Origin: Candidatus Egerieenecus sp.
GTDB taxonomy: Bacteria > Bacillota > Clostridia > Christensenellales > Aristaeellaceae
DNA: 58,926 bases
Assembly (NCBI GenBank): GCA_048201975.1
Contig: DBFBGQ010000121.1
Location: 1-58,926, forward strand
Direction of reading: 5' to 3'
Under the pieces are notes generated by a model, which saw nothing but the letters and a program-made list of their open reading frames with translations, did no database searches and was not told the DNA's origin. Numbering within the stretch: position 1 is the first letter of the stretch; the number at the start of each line of letters is the position of its first letter. A program made the translations under genes and the position numbers. Below are positions 32,801 through 41,062 of the stretch, in pieces.

Positions 32801-33526
32801 GACAAGATGCTTTCCGAGGAGGCCGAACAGCGGCTCAGCGCGATTCGGGAATTCACCGAGTTTGGCGCAGGCTTCCGCATTGCCATGCGGGATCTGGAAA
32901 TCCGCGGAGCCGGCAACCTGTTGGGACCGGAACAGCACGGCCACCTGGCCACCGTGGGCTACGACATGTACTGCAAGCTGATGGAAGAGACGCTCCGGGA
33001 GGTGCAGGGACAACCCATGACCATCCAGGAGCTGGCCACCCGCGTGGACCTGAAGGTGGACGCCTATCTGCCGGGAGACTACGTCCACGACGAGCGTCAG
33101 CGTATGGAGATGTACAAGCGCATTGCTTCCCTGCGCACGGATATTGAGCGGGAGGATATTGAAGAGGAAATGATCGACCGGTTCGGCGATCTTCCCGCCC
33201 CGGTGGTCAATCTGCTGGACATCGCCCAATTGCGCGCCCTGGCCCAGGGGCTGGGAGTTGCTCAGGTGATGTACCGCGCCAAAGGCCAGCTGGTCATGCG
33301 GCTGGACCAACGCTATGTGCCTGACCCCAAGCTGCTCATGCAGGCTATGCTGGAGACAGACTCGCGCCTGTCCCTGACGCCCTCCCAGCCGATATCTCTG
33401 CTGCTTCGCGAACCGCGGTTGGGCGAAGCCGATTTGCTGGTAGAAGGCGTCAAGGTGCTCAAGGCGCTTTCCGCGCGCCTGGATGCGCTTCAACAGGCGG
33501 CGAAGGCAGCTGTCAAACCCCAGTAA
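29882..33526 (+). CDS. mfd: Transcription-repair coupling factor Mfd
   Basis: GDVGYGKTEV Walker A, LLIVDEEQRFGV, and a RecG-like translocase module. ATG at 29882 lies 5 nt after GGAGG; the ORF opens at 29870. Confidence 0.95.
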   Translation: MNQGLLTGGKTAALGQLLDALREGKTAAVYDLPESQAAYLAALTTHLTGKRVLLVLPNDLAAGKAADDAQQLLGGQAACLPGGEIELGRGASSHEGDWRRLETLQRAVSGDLRLLCTSIDALMLRMSSPDLFKAAILRLAPGDRFGPDKLIHALVGMGYERVEMVEGKGQCALRGSIVDCYPPAGSVALRLEFFDDEVDSIRTFDCISQRSQEKRASCVLAPATEVVLDQAGMSAGAERLRQAAGLLGQETAGEKALFDDLPPLPEDDDELPSFFDEQIAPRVQTAQAAAELGRRVDRVQADANLLAGGVPFKRMRSWLPVLTDARYTVNDWFEAPYVFLVQPDQLRQRSEERRLGFGEDLRSAMERGEAVQAQEKLLLTYEETLNTLQGCSLATVSEFLRGMGGVKPQVAIPLGSRGVAGYQNQVKVLREDCEKWRQEGFCVALLSGGVARGKRLAEALNELGTPATFTENLLGNLILGEVLVLPMTLSKGFVWPEAKLVIVSDTELYGAGYRKAKTRRNSGERIAAFTDLKVGDYVVHEDHGVGIYQGTVRLQSEGTYRDYLAIQYMGSDKLYVPTEQLDRIQRYIGNPNAAPKLNRLGGGEWQRQKSKVKAGLKELAFDLVKLYAAREQHKGHAFGADTLWQKQFEDQFPYELTPDQEQSVREITQDMESDRNMDRLLCGDVGYGKTEVSLRAAFKAVMDSKQVAILAPTTILAQQHYHTVQRRFAGFPVECDVLSRFRTTKEQKDVIQRLAEGKIDILVGTHRILAKDVKFKDLGLLIVDEEQRFGVAHKEIIKNMKNQVDVLTLSATPIPRTLHMSMVGIRDMSVLETPPEERLPVQTHVVEYADAIIRDAILRELSRGGQVYFLYNRVHSIEQFYQRLRALVPEARIGIAHGQMKEHGLEDVMMDFYEGNYDVLLCTTIIESGLDVPSANTLIVFDADRFGLSQLYQLRGRVGRSNRQAYAYFTVRPDKMLSEEAEQRLSAIREFTEFGAGFRIAMRDLEIRGAGNLLGPEQHGHLATVGYDMYCKLMEETLREVQGQPMTIQELATRVDLKVDAYLPGDYVHDERQRMEMYKRIASLRTDIEREDIEEEMIDRFGDLPAPVVNLLDIAQLRALAQGLGVAQVMYRAKGQLVMRLDQRYVPDPKLLMQAMLETDSRLSLTPSQPISLLLREPRLGEADLLVEGVKVLKALSARLDALQQAAKAAVKPQ

Positions 33527-33574
33527 AAAATGCGCCGCCCGTCTCTTGGCAAAAGGACGGGCGGCGTATTTTTA
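33525..33574. terminator. Bidirectional terminator between mfd and the aldose epimerase gene
   Basis: CGCCGCCCGTC / GACGGGCGGCG stem flanked by AAAAAA and TATTTTTA. Confidence 0.8.
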
Positions 33575-34471
33575 TTTCAGCAGCGTAACCGTAAACCAGG
33601 TTTTGTAGCAGCGGCCGGGCGCCAGCAGCGTCACGTAAGGTTTTTCCTCCATGTCGCCGCTTTCCGTCGTTTGCGCCGGCATGCCGTGCCACGGCTCCAG
33701 GCAGATATAATTGGCGTTCATAAACGGTTTGGTCCAAACGGCCAGCACTTCCATCTTAGGGAAAGCAAACTGTAGGCCCTTGCCGCTGCGCTGGTGCTGC
33801 AGCGCCACGCTCCTGCTTTTCAGCGAAGTGAACAGCAGCGCATCCCGCTGGTCAAACAGCTCGTGCCGCAGGGGGAGCCGCCTGCCCTCCTGCAGATCCG
33901 GAAGGTATTCCCAACCGTCGATTAACCCGCCGCCCGGCGCCAAGGACACCTTGCCCTCTTCGGGTTGGGGGAATACCAGCTGATAGTCCTCAAAGGAGGC
34001 ATTCTCCTCCATGGGGCAGATGAAAGCCGGATGCCCACCCACACAAAAGGGCATGACCTGCGGGGAACGGTTCTCCACCAGGAAGGTTGTGGTAAATCCC
34101 TGGTCAAACAGACTGTAGGTCACATGGAATAGGAAGTCAAAGGGGTACATGGCCCGGGATTCCTCCGTGGGGCCCAGTACCAGCTCCACAAAGTCGTCGC
34201 CTTGCTTGGCCACCTGAAAAGGCGCGTTTCGGGTAAAACCGTGCTTTTTCATGGGATAGACGTTGCCTGCAATGCGAACCTGGTCGTCCTTTACCGAGCC
34301 GCAGACGGGAAAAAGCACCGGCGCATGCTGGGGCCACACGGCAGGATCCGCCTGCCAAATGACCTCGCGCCCATCCGCTCCACAGAAGGAACAGATTTGT
34401 CCGCCCCGCAGCAGCACCTGGGCGCGGCAATCGCCATAGCGAAGAGAAACACGTTCATCCGTAGCCACCAT
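33572..34471 (-). CDS. Aldose 1-epimerase (galactose mutarotase-like) family protein
   Basis: Length and pattern fit the YihR/LacX-type mutarotase family. ATG at 34471 lies 8 nt after AAGGAGG. Confidence 0.75.
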   Translation of the reverse strand: MVATDERVSLRYGDCRAQVLLRGGQICSFCGADGREVIWQADPAVWPQHAPVLFPVCGSVKDDQVRIAGNVYPMKKHGFTRNAPFQVAKQGDDFVELVLGPTEESRAMYPFDFLFHVTYSLFDQGFTTTFLVENRSPQVMPFCVGGHPAFICPMEENASFEDYQLVFPQPEEGKVSLAPGGGLIDGWEYLPDLQEGRRLPLRHELFDQRDALLFTSLKSRSVALQHQRSGKGLQFAFPKMEVLAVWTKPFMNANYICLEPWHGMPAQTTESGDMEEKPYVTLLAPGRCYKTWFTVTLLK

Positions 34472-34487
34472 GCGGCGCACCTCCTTT

Positions 34488-35129
34488 TTATGCGATGGGA
34501 TGCAGCAGGTTGAAGTCCCTGGGCAGGGACGCTTCCACCCAGAACATACCGTAGCACTTGTTTTCGCCCACCTCCAGGCCGGCGCTGTTTTTCACCGGAT
34601 ATACGATTTGAGAATCGGGAAGCACCTCCAGCACATGATCCCGCACCTTTTCGGCGGCGCTTTCGCTGTAGCTATCAATAGCCAGCAGCTGCTTCACCCC
34701 CTGCGCCTCCCTAGCCGCCACCAGGGCAACGATGTGCCCCACGCGCAGATTGCATAGGGCGACGCCCCGGCGCGCAGCAATGTGCGTAAACAGCTCGTCC
34801 AGATCATTGCGCAATCCGTCCCCGGCATAGGTGAAGCCCAGGGAAACGTTTTCGCCGCGAAGCATCAGCGCCTGCAACAGCGCAGGCCGGTCCGTGCCGT
34901 CGTCTCCCCGGCCGCCCTCCCGCACAGAAAAATCTGCCAGCGCCTCCGCGTCCGGGCAATGCCCGGTGAGCCACTGCGCCGCATGGCACAGCGCAAAAAT
35001 GCCGCAGCCAGAGTTGGCAAGATTTCCCTCGCCCTGATAGGGGTACGGATGCGTCCATTCCTTGCAGCGTTGATTATGAAAGACCAGCGTACGGTTTCCC
35101 AGATTGATTTCCTTGGTTTTTCCAGTCAC
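34488..35129 (-). CDS. Stand-alone papain-fold (C39-like) cysteine peptidase domain protein, cytoplasmic
   Basis: Candidate nucleophile in NSGCGIFAL, and candidate His in RVGHIVALV with an Asp 20 residues later. No signal peptide. GTG at 35129 lies 8 nt after AAGGAGG. Confidence 0.5.
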   Translation of the reverse strand: MTGKTKEINLGNRTLVFHNQRCKEWTHPYPYQGEGNLANSGCGIFALCHAAQWLTGHCPDAEALADFSVREGGRGDDGTDRPALLQALMLRGENVSLGFTYAGDGLRNDLDELFTHIAARRGVALCNLRVGHIVALVAAREAQGVKQLLAIDSYSESAAEKVRDHVLEVLPDSQIVYPVKNSAGLEVGENKCYGMFWVEASLPRDFNLLHPIA

Positions 35130-35466
35130 AGGCAACGCCTCCTTTGTGCCGCGGCGCACTCGCCCGGAGCGCCGGCATATATTATGGTTGAAAAAAAGTT
35201 TACCTGAAAGGGGATTGTCTCATGCGGGAACCAGCGAGGGTTTCTCCCTTTGCAGCGTTGAGTCCACAGGAACAAAAGGAGCAATGGATCTGGTGGCAGT
35301 GCCAGCATCCCGCCGGAATGCATGAAACGGATCTGACCGCCTCGCCCACGCTTCCCAGGGAATTGCAGGACGCACAAGCGCCATCCGCTGCGCCGCCGGT
35401 ACGCCACGACCAGTATAACGCCGTGCTGCGACGCATGCGAGAGGCCGGGCAGCACGCCGGGGAGTA

Positions 35467-36543
35467 TCAAACCTGGCAGGGCTGAACCACGCGGTAAGCA
35501 TGGGTATCAAAGCATACATCCGCCCTGAACGGAATGCGGAACGCCGCGAAATATTGTTCCTCCAGGGGAATCCATTCCGCTGCATAGCGTTCCAGCATTG
35601 CAGGGCCGTTGCGGGAGAGGATCCGCTGGCGCTGCACCTGGGGCGGCAGCGTCAAATACAACGCCATCCCATAGTCAAAGCCGCCTGCGGGATGCAGGCT
35701 GTAGACGCCCTCCACCACCGTTAGCCTGGCCTTGGGAAGCGAAACTGCCATCTGCAACGTTCCCAGCTTGCAGGAGTAGGGACGGTAACACACAGGGCAA
35801 CCCGCACGTAGGGGAGTCAGCACCTCCGCCGCAAAGCGCTCGATGTCCACATTTCCACCCGGCTGCGCCAAGCGCTCCGGGGTTTTTCGCTGCGCGGGAA
35901 GGAAAAAATCGTCCATATGCGCCACGGCGGCGCCTTCCAGCATGTGAAGGCACTCCGCGAGTTCGCTTTTTCCGGAGCCGCTCCTTCCGTCGATGGCCAG
36001 AACCATGCTGTCCGTGGCCGACAAGCGCGCCTCAACCAACTGGACCAGCGGGAGCCAGCGGGCGTAGCGCTCCAGCACCACCCGATAGGCGGGGCGATAG
36101 GCTTCCCGGTAAGCCTGGGAGTGGCGCACCTGCAAACAGCCCTGCCGTATCCATGCATCCAGACAGGCTTGCCAGCTTTCCGGACTGATGCCAAGATGCG
36201 CTGGCCGCACCCGCTGCAGCTCCTGGCGCAGCGCCTGCATCTCCTTTTCCGCCGGTGCGGAGGCGGAAGCCAGAAATGCGCGCAGAAGCAACTCCGGCGA
36301 AAGATTCGCCGCTTTTGCCGCCGCCAAATGCAACCGGACGTATCCGCCGCCGATGGACTCCCACAGCGGAAGCGCGCCATCCGCAGGCGTTGCAGACCAT
36401 TCCTGGAGCAAATGCTCCTCCGCATCTTCCACCGACGCAACGAGATGTCCGCAGCCGCAATGCCGTTGATACAGAAGCTTGAGCAGATCCTCCGCCTGCC
36501 ATTGGGGATACCGGGTGTATTGCGCCTGTATGATCTCGTCCAA
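35467..36543 (-). CDS. P-loop kinase (uridine kinase-like) with an uncharacterised N-terminal domain
   Basis: Walker A IDGRSGSGKSE followed by HMDDFF. The ~190-aa N-terminal domain is unrecognised. I prefer the TTG at 36543 (7 nt after GGAGG); the longer ORF reaching 36654 would overlap argD. Confidence 0.6.
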   Translation of the reverse strand: MDEIIQAQYTRYPQWQAEDLLKLLYQRHCGCGHLVASVEDAEEHLLQEWSATPADGALPLWESIGGGYVRLHLAAAKAANLSPELLLRAFLASASAPAEKEMQALRQELQRVRPAHLGISPESWQACLDAWIRQGCLQVRHSQAYREAYRPAYRVVLERYARWLPLVQLVEARLSATDSMVLAIDGRSGSGKSELAECLHMLEGAAVAHMDDFFLPAQRKTPERLAQPGGNVDIERFAAEVLTPLRAGCPVCYRPYSCKLGTLQMAVSLPKARLTVVEGVYSLHPAGGFDYGMALYLTLPPQVQRQRILSRNGPAMLERYAAEWIPLEEQYFAAFRIPFRADVCFDTHAYRVVQPCQV

Positions 36544-36635
36544 GGGTGCGCCTCCCCATTGCATATTCCCATGCGGAACATGGCTGCATAGCATAAGGTC
36601 CCGAAGAATCGGCGCTTCTTCGAGACCCTTGCCGG

Positions 36636-37814
36636 CTACGCCTGCGTAGCGCATGGGGTATATGATAAATTCTGCTTCAGAATGGCAATTCCTTCCCGCA
36701 GCAACTCCCAGGATATATTCAGCGGCGGCAGCAGGCGCACGCGATCCTTGGCTGTAAGCACCAGCAGGCCGTGCTCCAGACAGCTCTGGGCAACCTCAGC
36801 CGCCGGGCGCACCGTTGCGATCCCCAGCATCAACCCCATACCGCTCACGCGCTTCACCATGGGGTGCCCCGCCAACGCCGTTTGGATCTCCTGCGACTTT
36901 GCCTGAACCTCCTGGAACAGCGGATCATTCAGGCGCTCCAGAATGCTGCACGCACCAGCCGCGCAGATGGGATTTCCACCAAAGGTGGAGCCATGATCGC
37001 CCTTGCCCAGCACGGACGCTACCTGCGGGCCCAGCAGCGTTGCGCCCAGCGGGAGTCCGCCCGCCAGACCCTTGGCCGTGGTCACCACATCGGGATGCAG
37101 CCCGAAATGCATGTATGCAAAAAGCTTGCCCGTGCGTCCGTTGCCCGTTTGCACCTCGTCCAGCATCAACAGCAACTGATGCTCCCGGCACAGTTGTTCC
37201 GCCAGCTTCATATACTCGGGAGGCAACGGCTCCACGCCGCCTTCGCCCTGAATGGGTTCCATCAGCACCGCGCATACATCCGGCTGCGCAAGCGCCTGCT
37301 TCAGCTCCTCCTGATCCCCGGGCGTCACATGACGGAATCCCTCCGGGAACGGGCCAAAATGCTGATGAAATACCGCTTGCCCCGTAGCGGCCAGGGTGGC
37401 AATGGTGCGGCCATGGAAACTGTTCTTGAGCGTTACAATCACTTGGCGGCCGCCATGCTTCTCGCCCCATTTTCTGGCGACCTTCAGGGCGCATTCGTTG
37501 GCCTCCGCCCCGGAATTGCTGAAGAATACCTTCTGCATGCCCGTGCGCTGGCAGAGCATCTCTGCCAGGCGCGTCTGCGGCTGCGTATAGTATAGATTAG
37601 ACGTATGTCCCAGGGTATTCGCCTGACGGGTCACCGCCTCCACCCAGATGGGATCGCATGCGCCGAAGGTGCTTACGGCGATGCCGCTGCCCATATCGAT
37701 GTACTGCTTTCCGTTTTCATCGGTGAACAGCGCGCCCTGCCCCTTGACCAGGGTGACAGGGAAGCGCCCATAGGTGGGCGCAATGAACTGACGGTCCAGC
37801 TCCTGGGTGGTCAT
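36636..37814 (-). CDS. argD: Acetylornithine aminotransferase
   Basis: Class-III aminotransferase pattern with a PLP lysine in VVTTAKG. Last gene of the argCJBD block. Confidence 0.9.
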   Translation of the reverse strand: MTTQELDRQFIAPTYGRFPVTLVKGQGALFTDENGKQYIDMGSGIAVSTFGACDPIWVEAVTRQANTLGHTSNLYYTQPQTRLAEMLCQRTGMQKVFFSNSGAEANECALKVARKWGEKHGGRQVIVTLKNSFHGRTIATLAATGQAVFHQHFGPFPEGFRHVTPGDQEELKQALAQPDVCAVLMEPIQGEGGVEPLPPEYMKLAEQLCREHQLLLMLDEVQTGNGRTGKLFAYMHFGLHPDVVTTAKGLAGGLPLGATLLGPQVASVLGKGDHGSTFGGNPICAAGACSILERLNDPLFQEVQAKSQEIQTALAGHPMVKRVSGMGLMLGIATVRPAAEVAQSCLEHGLLVLTAKDRVRLLPPLNISWELLREGIAILKQNLSYTPCATQA

Positions 37815-38683
37815 GGCGCATCCTCCTTTACAAACATGGTGCCGATGCCTTCATTCGTGAGCGTTTCCACCAAAATGGCGTGGGGGATTCGCCCGTCAAT
37901 GACAAACACTTTTTTCACCCCGGCTTTGATAGCTTCCATGCAACATTCCACCTTGGGAATCATGCCGCCGGTAATCACGCCTTCCTCCACCAGCTGCCGG
38001 GCCTGCGCAAGATTGACCTTCCGGATCAGCGTGGCAGGATTCTCGGGATCGCGCAGAATTCCTGGAATATCCGTCATGGAAATCAGGCTTTCCGCATGCA
38101 AGCTGGCGGCCACCGCAGCCGCGGCCGTATCCGCGTTGATATTGTACACATGCCCGGATGTATCGCAGCCGATGCTGGATACCACGGGAATGTAACCCTT
38201 CTCCAGCAGATCCAGCAGCGGCTGAGGGCGCACCTCCCGGATGCGGCCCACATAGCCCAACCGCGCATCCAGCATTTCCGCCTGGATCAGCCCGCCGTCC
38301 ATGCCGCAGATGCCCATGGCGCGTCCGCCCAGGTTATCCAGCTGCGCCACCAGCCCTTTGTTGATTTTCCCGGCCAGGACCATCTGCACAATTTCCGACG
38401 TTTCTTCATCCGTCACGCGCAGGCCGTCCACAAACACCGATTCCTTGCCCACGCGCTTGAGCATTTGGGAAATTTCCGGTCCGCCGCCGTGAACCAGCAC
38501 CACCTTTACCCCGATGAGGCTCAGCAGCACCATATCCCGCATGACGGCATGTTTGAGCTCCTGGTTGATCATGGCGTTTCCGCCGTATTTTACAACGACG
38601 ATTTTTTGATTGTACTGCTGGATGTAGGGGAGCGCCTCCACCAGCACCTCGGCCCGCTGGCCGTTGGTCATGCCCGTTGTCAT
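37811..38683 (-). CDS. argB: Acetylglutamate kinase
   Basis: IVVVKYGGNAM signature. ATGA overlap with the argD start. Confidence 0.95.
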   Translation of the reverse strand: MTTGMTNGQRAEVLVEALPYIQQYNQKIVVVKYGGNAMINQELKHAVMRDMVLLSLIGVKVVLVHGGGPEISQMLKRVGKESVFVDGLRVTDEETSEIVQMVLAGKINKGLVAQLDNLGGRAMGICGMDGGLIQAEMLDARLGYVGRIREVRPQPLLDLLEKGYIPVVSSIGCDTSGHVYNINADTAAAAVAASLHAESLISMTDIPGILRDPENPATLIRKVNLAQARQLVEEGVITGGMIPKVECCMEAIKAGVKKVFVIDGRIPHAILVETLTNEGIGTMFVKEDAP

Positions 38684-38697
38684 GGCGCATCCTCCTC

Positions 38698-39912
38698 TCA
38701 AGTGCGGTAATCGCCGTTGATCTTTACGTAATCGTAGGTGAGATCGCACCCCCAGGCCGTCGCTTCTCCCGCGCCGTCATGCAGATCGATCAGGATATCC
38801 ACCTCGTCCTCCAGCAAAATTTCCTTGGCTTTTTCTTCAGAAAACTCCACCCCGGCGCCCTGCTTGCACACGTCGATGCCTCCCTTGGCGGAGGCAAACG
38901 TCACGTCCACCCGGGCAACATCAATCTCCGCGCCGCTATAGCCCAGGGCGCACAGCACGCGCCCCCAGTTGGCGTCCGCGCCAAATATGGCCGCCTTGAG
39001 CAAGTTGGAACGGGTCACGGCCTTGGCGGCCGTCTTGGCGTCCGCCTGCGTCTTTGCGCCCGTCACCTTGCAGGTGATCAGCCGGGTAGCGCCCTCACCA
39101 TCCTTGGCAATGGCCCTGCAAAGCGTCTGGGTAACGGTGGCCAACGCCTGGCAAAAGGCGGTAAAATCCTGACCCTCCGCTGTAATTTCCGCATTGCCCG
39201 CCATGCCGTTGGCCAGTATGGCGACCATATCGTTGGTGGAAGTGTCCCCATCCACGCTGACCATGTTGAAGGAGTCCTGCACGTCGCGGCTTAGCGCCTT
39301 TTGCAACATGTACGCGGAAATATTCGCGTCCGTGGTCAGGAAAACCAGCATGGTCGCCATGTTGGGCGCAATCATTCCCGACCCCTTGGCAATGCCGCCC
39401 AGCCGGCAGGTTTTTCCCCCAAGCGTAAACTGCACGGCGATTTCCTTGCGCGTGGTGTCTGTGGTCATAATGCCCTCGGCGGCCTGGGCGCTGCCGTTTT
39501 CGTTCAGCGAAGCCGCCAGGGGAGCCATCCCGGCTGCAATGGGTTCCAGGGGCAAGGGCTGACCGATGACGCCGGTGGATGCAATGATAATGTCGCTTGC
39601 TTTCACGCCTGTGGCCTCCGCCGCCATATGGCACATGGCATTGGCTATCTCCACACCGTCCGCGTTGCAGGTATTGGCATTCCCGCTGTTGCAAACGATG
39701 ACCTGCGCGCAGCCATCGCTGAGGTGATCCTTGGTAACCAGTAGGGGAGCGCCCTTGACCAGGTTGGTTGTATAGACTGCCGCCGCACGGGCGGGAACTT
39801 TACTGAGGATCATGCTCAGATCGCGCTTTGATTTGTTCTTCCGAATGCCGCAGTGAATACCGCCGGCTTGAAATCCCTGCGCCGCACATACGCCGCCTTC
39901 AATCATTTCCAT
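38698..39912 (-). CDS. argJ: Bifunctional ornithine acetyltransferase / N-acetylglutamate synthase
   Basis: Autoprocessing-site context APNMATMLVFLTTDA. AAGGAGG RBS. Confidence 0.95.
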   Translation of the reverse strand: MEMIEGGVCAAQGFQAGGIHCGIRKNKSKRDLSMILSKVPARAAAVYTTNLVKGAPLLVTKDHLSDGCAQVIVCNSGNANTCNADGVEIANAMCHMAAEATGVKASDIIIASTGVIGQPLPLEPIAAGMAPLAASLNENGSAQAAEGIMTTDTTRKEIAVQFTLGGKTCRLGGIAKGSGMIAPNMATMLVFLTTDANISAYMLQKALSRDVQDSFNMVSVDGDTSTNDMVAILANGMAGNAEITAEGQDFTAFCQALATVTQTLCRAIAKDGEGATRLITCKVTGAKTQADAKTAAKAVTRSNLLKAAIFGADANWGRVLCALGYSGAEIDVARVDVTFASAKGGIDVCKQGAGVEFSEEKAKEILLEDEVDILIDLHDGAGEATAWGCDLTYDYVKINGDYRT

Positions 39913-39926
39913 GGGGAAATACCTCC

Positions 39927-40874
39927 TTACTTTTCTAAAGCGAGCCCTGTCGTTTCCGGAAGTCCAAGCATCAGGTTGAGGCACTGGATCGCCGCGCCCG
40001 AAGCGCCTTTACCCAAGTTATCAAACCAGGCTGCCAGCTGCATCCGCTCGTCGTTTCCCAGCACCATCAGCTCCATGCCATCCTTGCCGGATAGCGCCTG
40101 CGCCGGCAGAAACCCCTGCCAGGCGTCCACATCTTCCTCCGTCAGCACACGTACCACCGGCGAAGCGGCATAGTGCGCTGCCAGGCACTGCCGCAAAGAT
40201 TCCTTGGGGTGGGGGGCATGCACCATGGCGCCATGCACGGGTACCATGACCAGCATGCCGCTGTAATAAGGCGCGACGATGGGGGAGAAGACAGGCGGCG
40301 TGGCCAGCCCGGGAATCAGCTGCATCTCTCGCAGATGCTTGTGCTGCTGGGTGAGACCATACAGCCTGGGACTGGCCAATTCCTCCTCAGGCGGCTCGGC
40401 CTGATATTGCGCAATCATCCGCTTGCCGCCCCCGCTATATCCTGTCAGGCTGTAGCAGGCGAGCGGAGCATCCGGAGCCAGCAAGCCGGCGGCAATCAGC
40501 GGAGTCACCAGCGCCACAAATCCACTGGCATGGCACCCTGGCACCGCCACGAAGCGTCCGGACACGATACCGGCCCGGCGCGCCGGAGAAAGCTCCGGAA
40601 AGCCATAGACCCAGCCAGGTTCCGTACGGTGGGCGGTAGACGTATCCAGGATGCGGGTCGTTTCGTTATGGAGCAGCGAAACGGATTCCCGCGCCGCGCT
40701 GTCCGGCAGGCATAGCAGCGCTATGTCGCTGGCATTGATGGCTTCCTCCCGGGCATGGATGTCCTTGCGCAGCTCCTCCGGCAGCTGCAGAATCTCCAGA
40801 TCCTGCCGACCCTGCAGGCGCTGGAAGATCCGCAGGCCCGTGGTTCCCTCCCTGCCGTCGATGAATAGCTTCAT
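39927..40874 (-). CDS. argC: N-acetyl-gamma-glutamyl-phosphate reductase (short type)
   Basis: Active-site cysteine context VAVPGCHASG. The N-terminus KLFIDGREGTTG fits a Rossmann fold. Confidence 0.9.
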   Translation of the reverse strand: MKLFIDGREGTTGLRIFQRLQGRQDLEILQLPEELRKDIHAREEAINASDIALLCLPDSAARESVSLLHNETTRILDTSTAHRTEPGWVYGFPELSPARRAGIVSGRFVAVPGCHASGFVALVTPLIAAGLLAPDAPLACYSLTGYSGGGKRMIAQYQAEPPEEELASPRLYGLTQQHKHLREMQLIPGLATPPVFSPIVAPYYSGMLVMVPVHGAMVHAPHPKESLRQCLAAHYAASPVVRVLTEEDVDAWQGFLPAQALSGKDGMELMVLGNDERMQLAAWFDNLGKGASGAAIQCLNLMLGLPETTGLALEK

Positions 40875-40894
40875 GAATATCGGCCTCCATGTTC

Positions 40895-40962
40895 TTCCGA
40901 ATTATACATCATCATGTATAATAATACAATGCATATTATACACGTTACGGGAGGCGCGTCAA
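40895..40962 (-). promoter_or_regulatory. argC promoter (TTGACG-16-TATAAT) with overlapping ARG-box-like AT-rich palindromes
   Basis: On the coding strand, TTGACG (40957-40962) and TATAAT (40935-40940) are followed by TGTATTATTATACA (40915-40928). That matches TGAAT-W4-ATTCA at 12 of 14 positions, and further TGTAT/ATACA half-sites flank it. Confidence 0.5.
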
Positions 40963-41062
40963 GTGTTCCGGCAAAAAAAATTCCTTTTTTACCGCACCGG
41001 CAAAAGGAAGGGAGCCGTCATCCGAAGATGGCGGCCCCCATGGCAATGGAACGCTAGTATTT

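Noticed and set aside
36544-36654. Long form of the kinase ORF overlapping the argD 3' end by 19 nt
   Set aside because: No Shine-Dalgarno sequence lies upstream of ATG 36654 or the next two ATGs, whereas the TTG at 36543 has GGAGG at a 7-nt spacing. It is kept only as an alternative.
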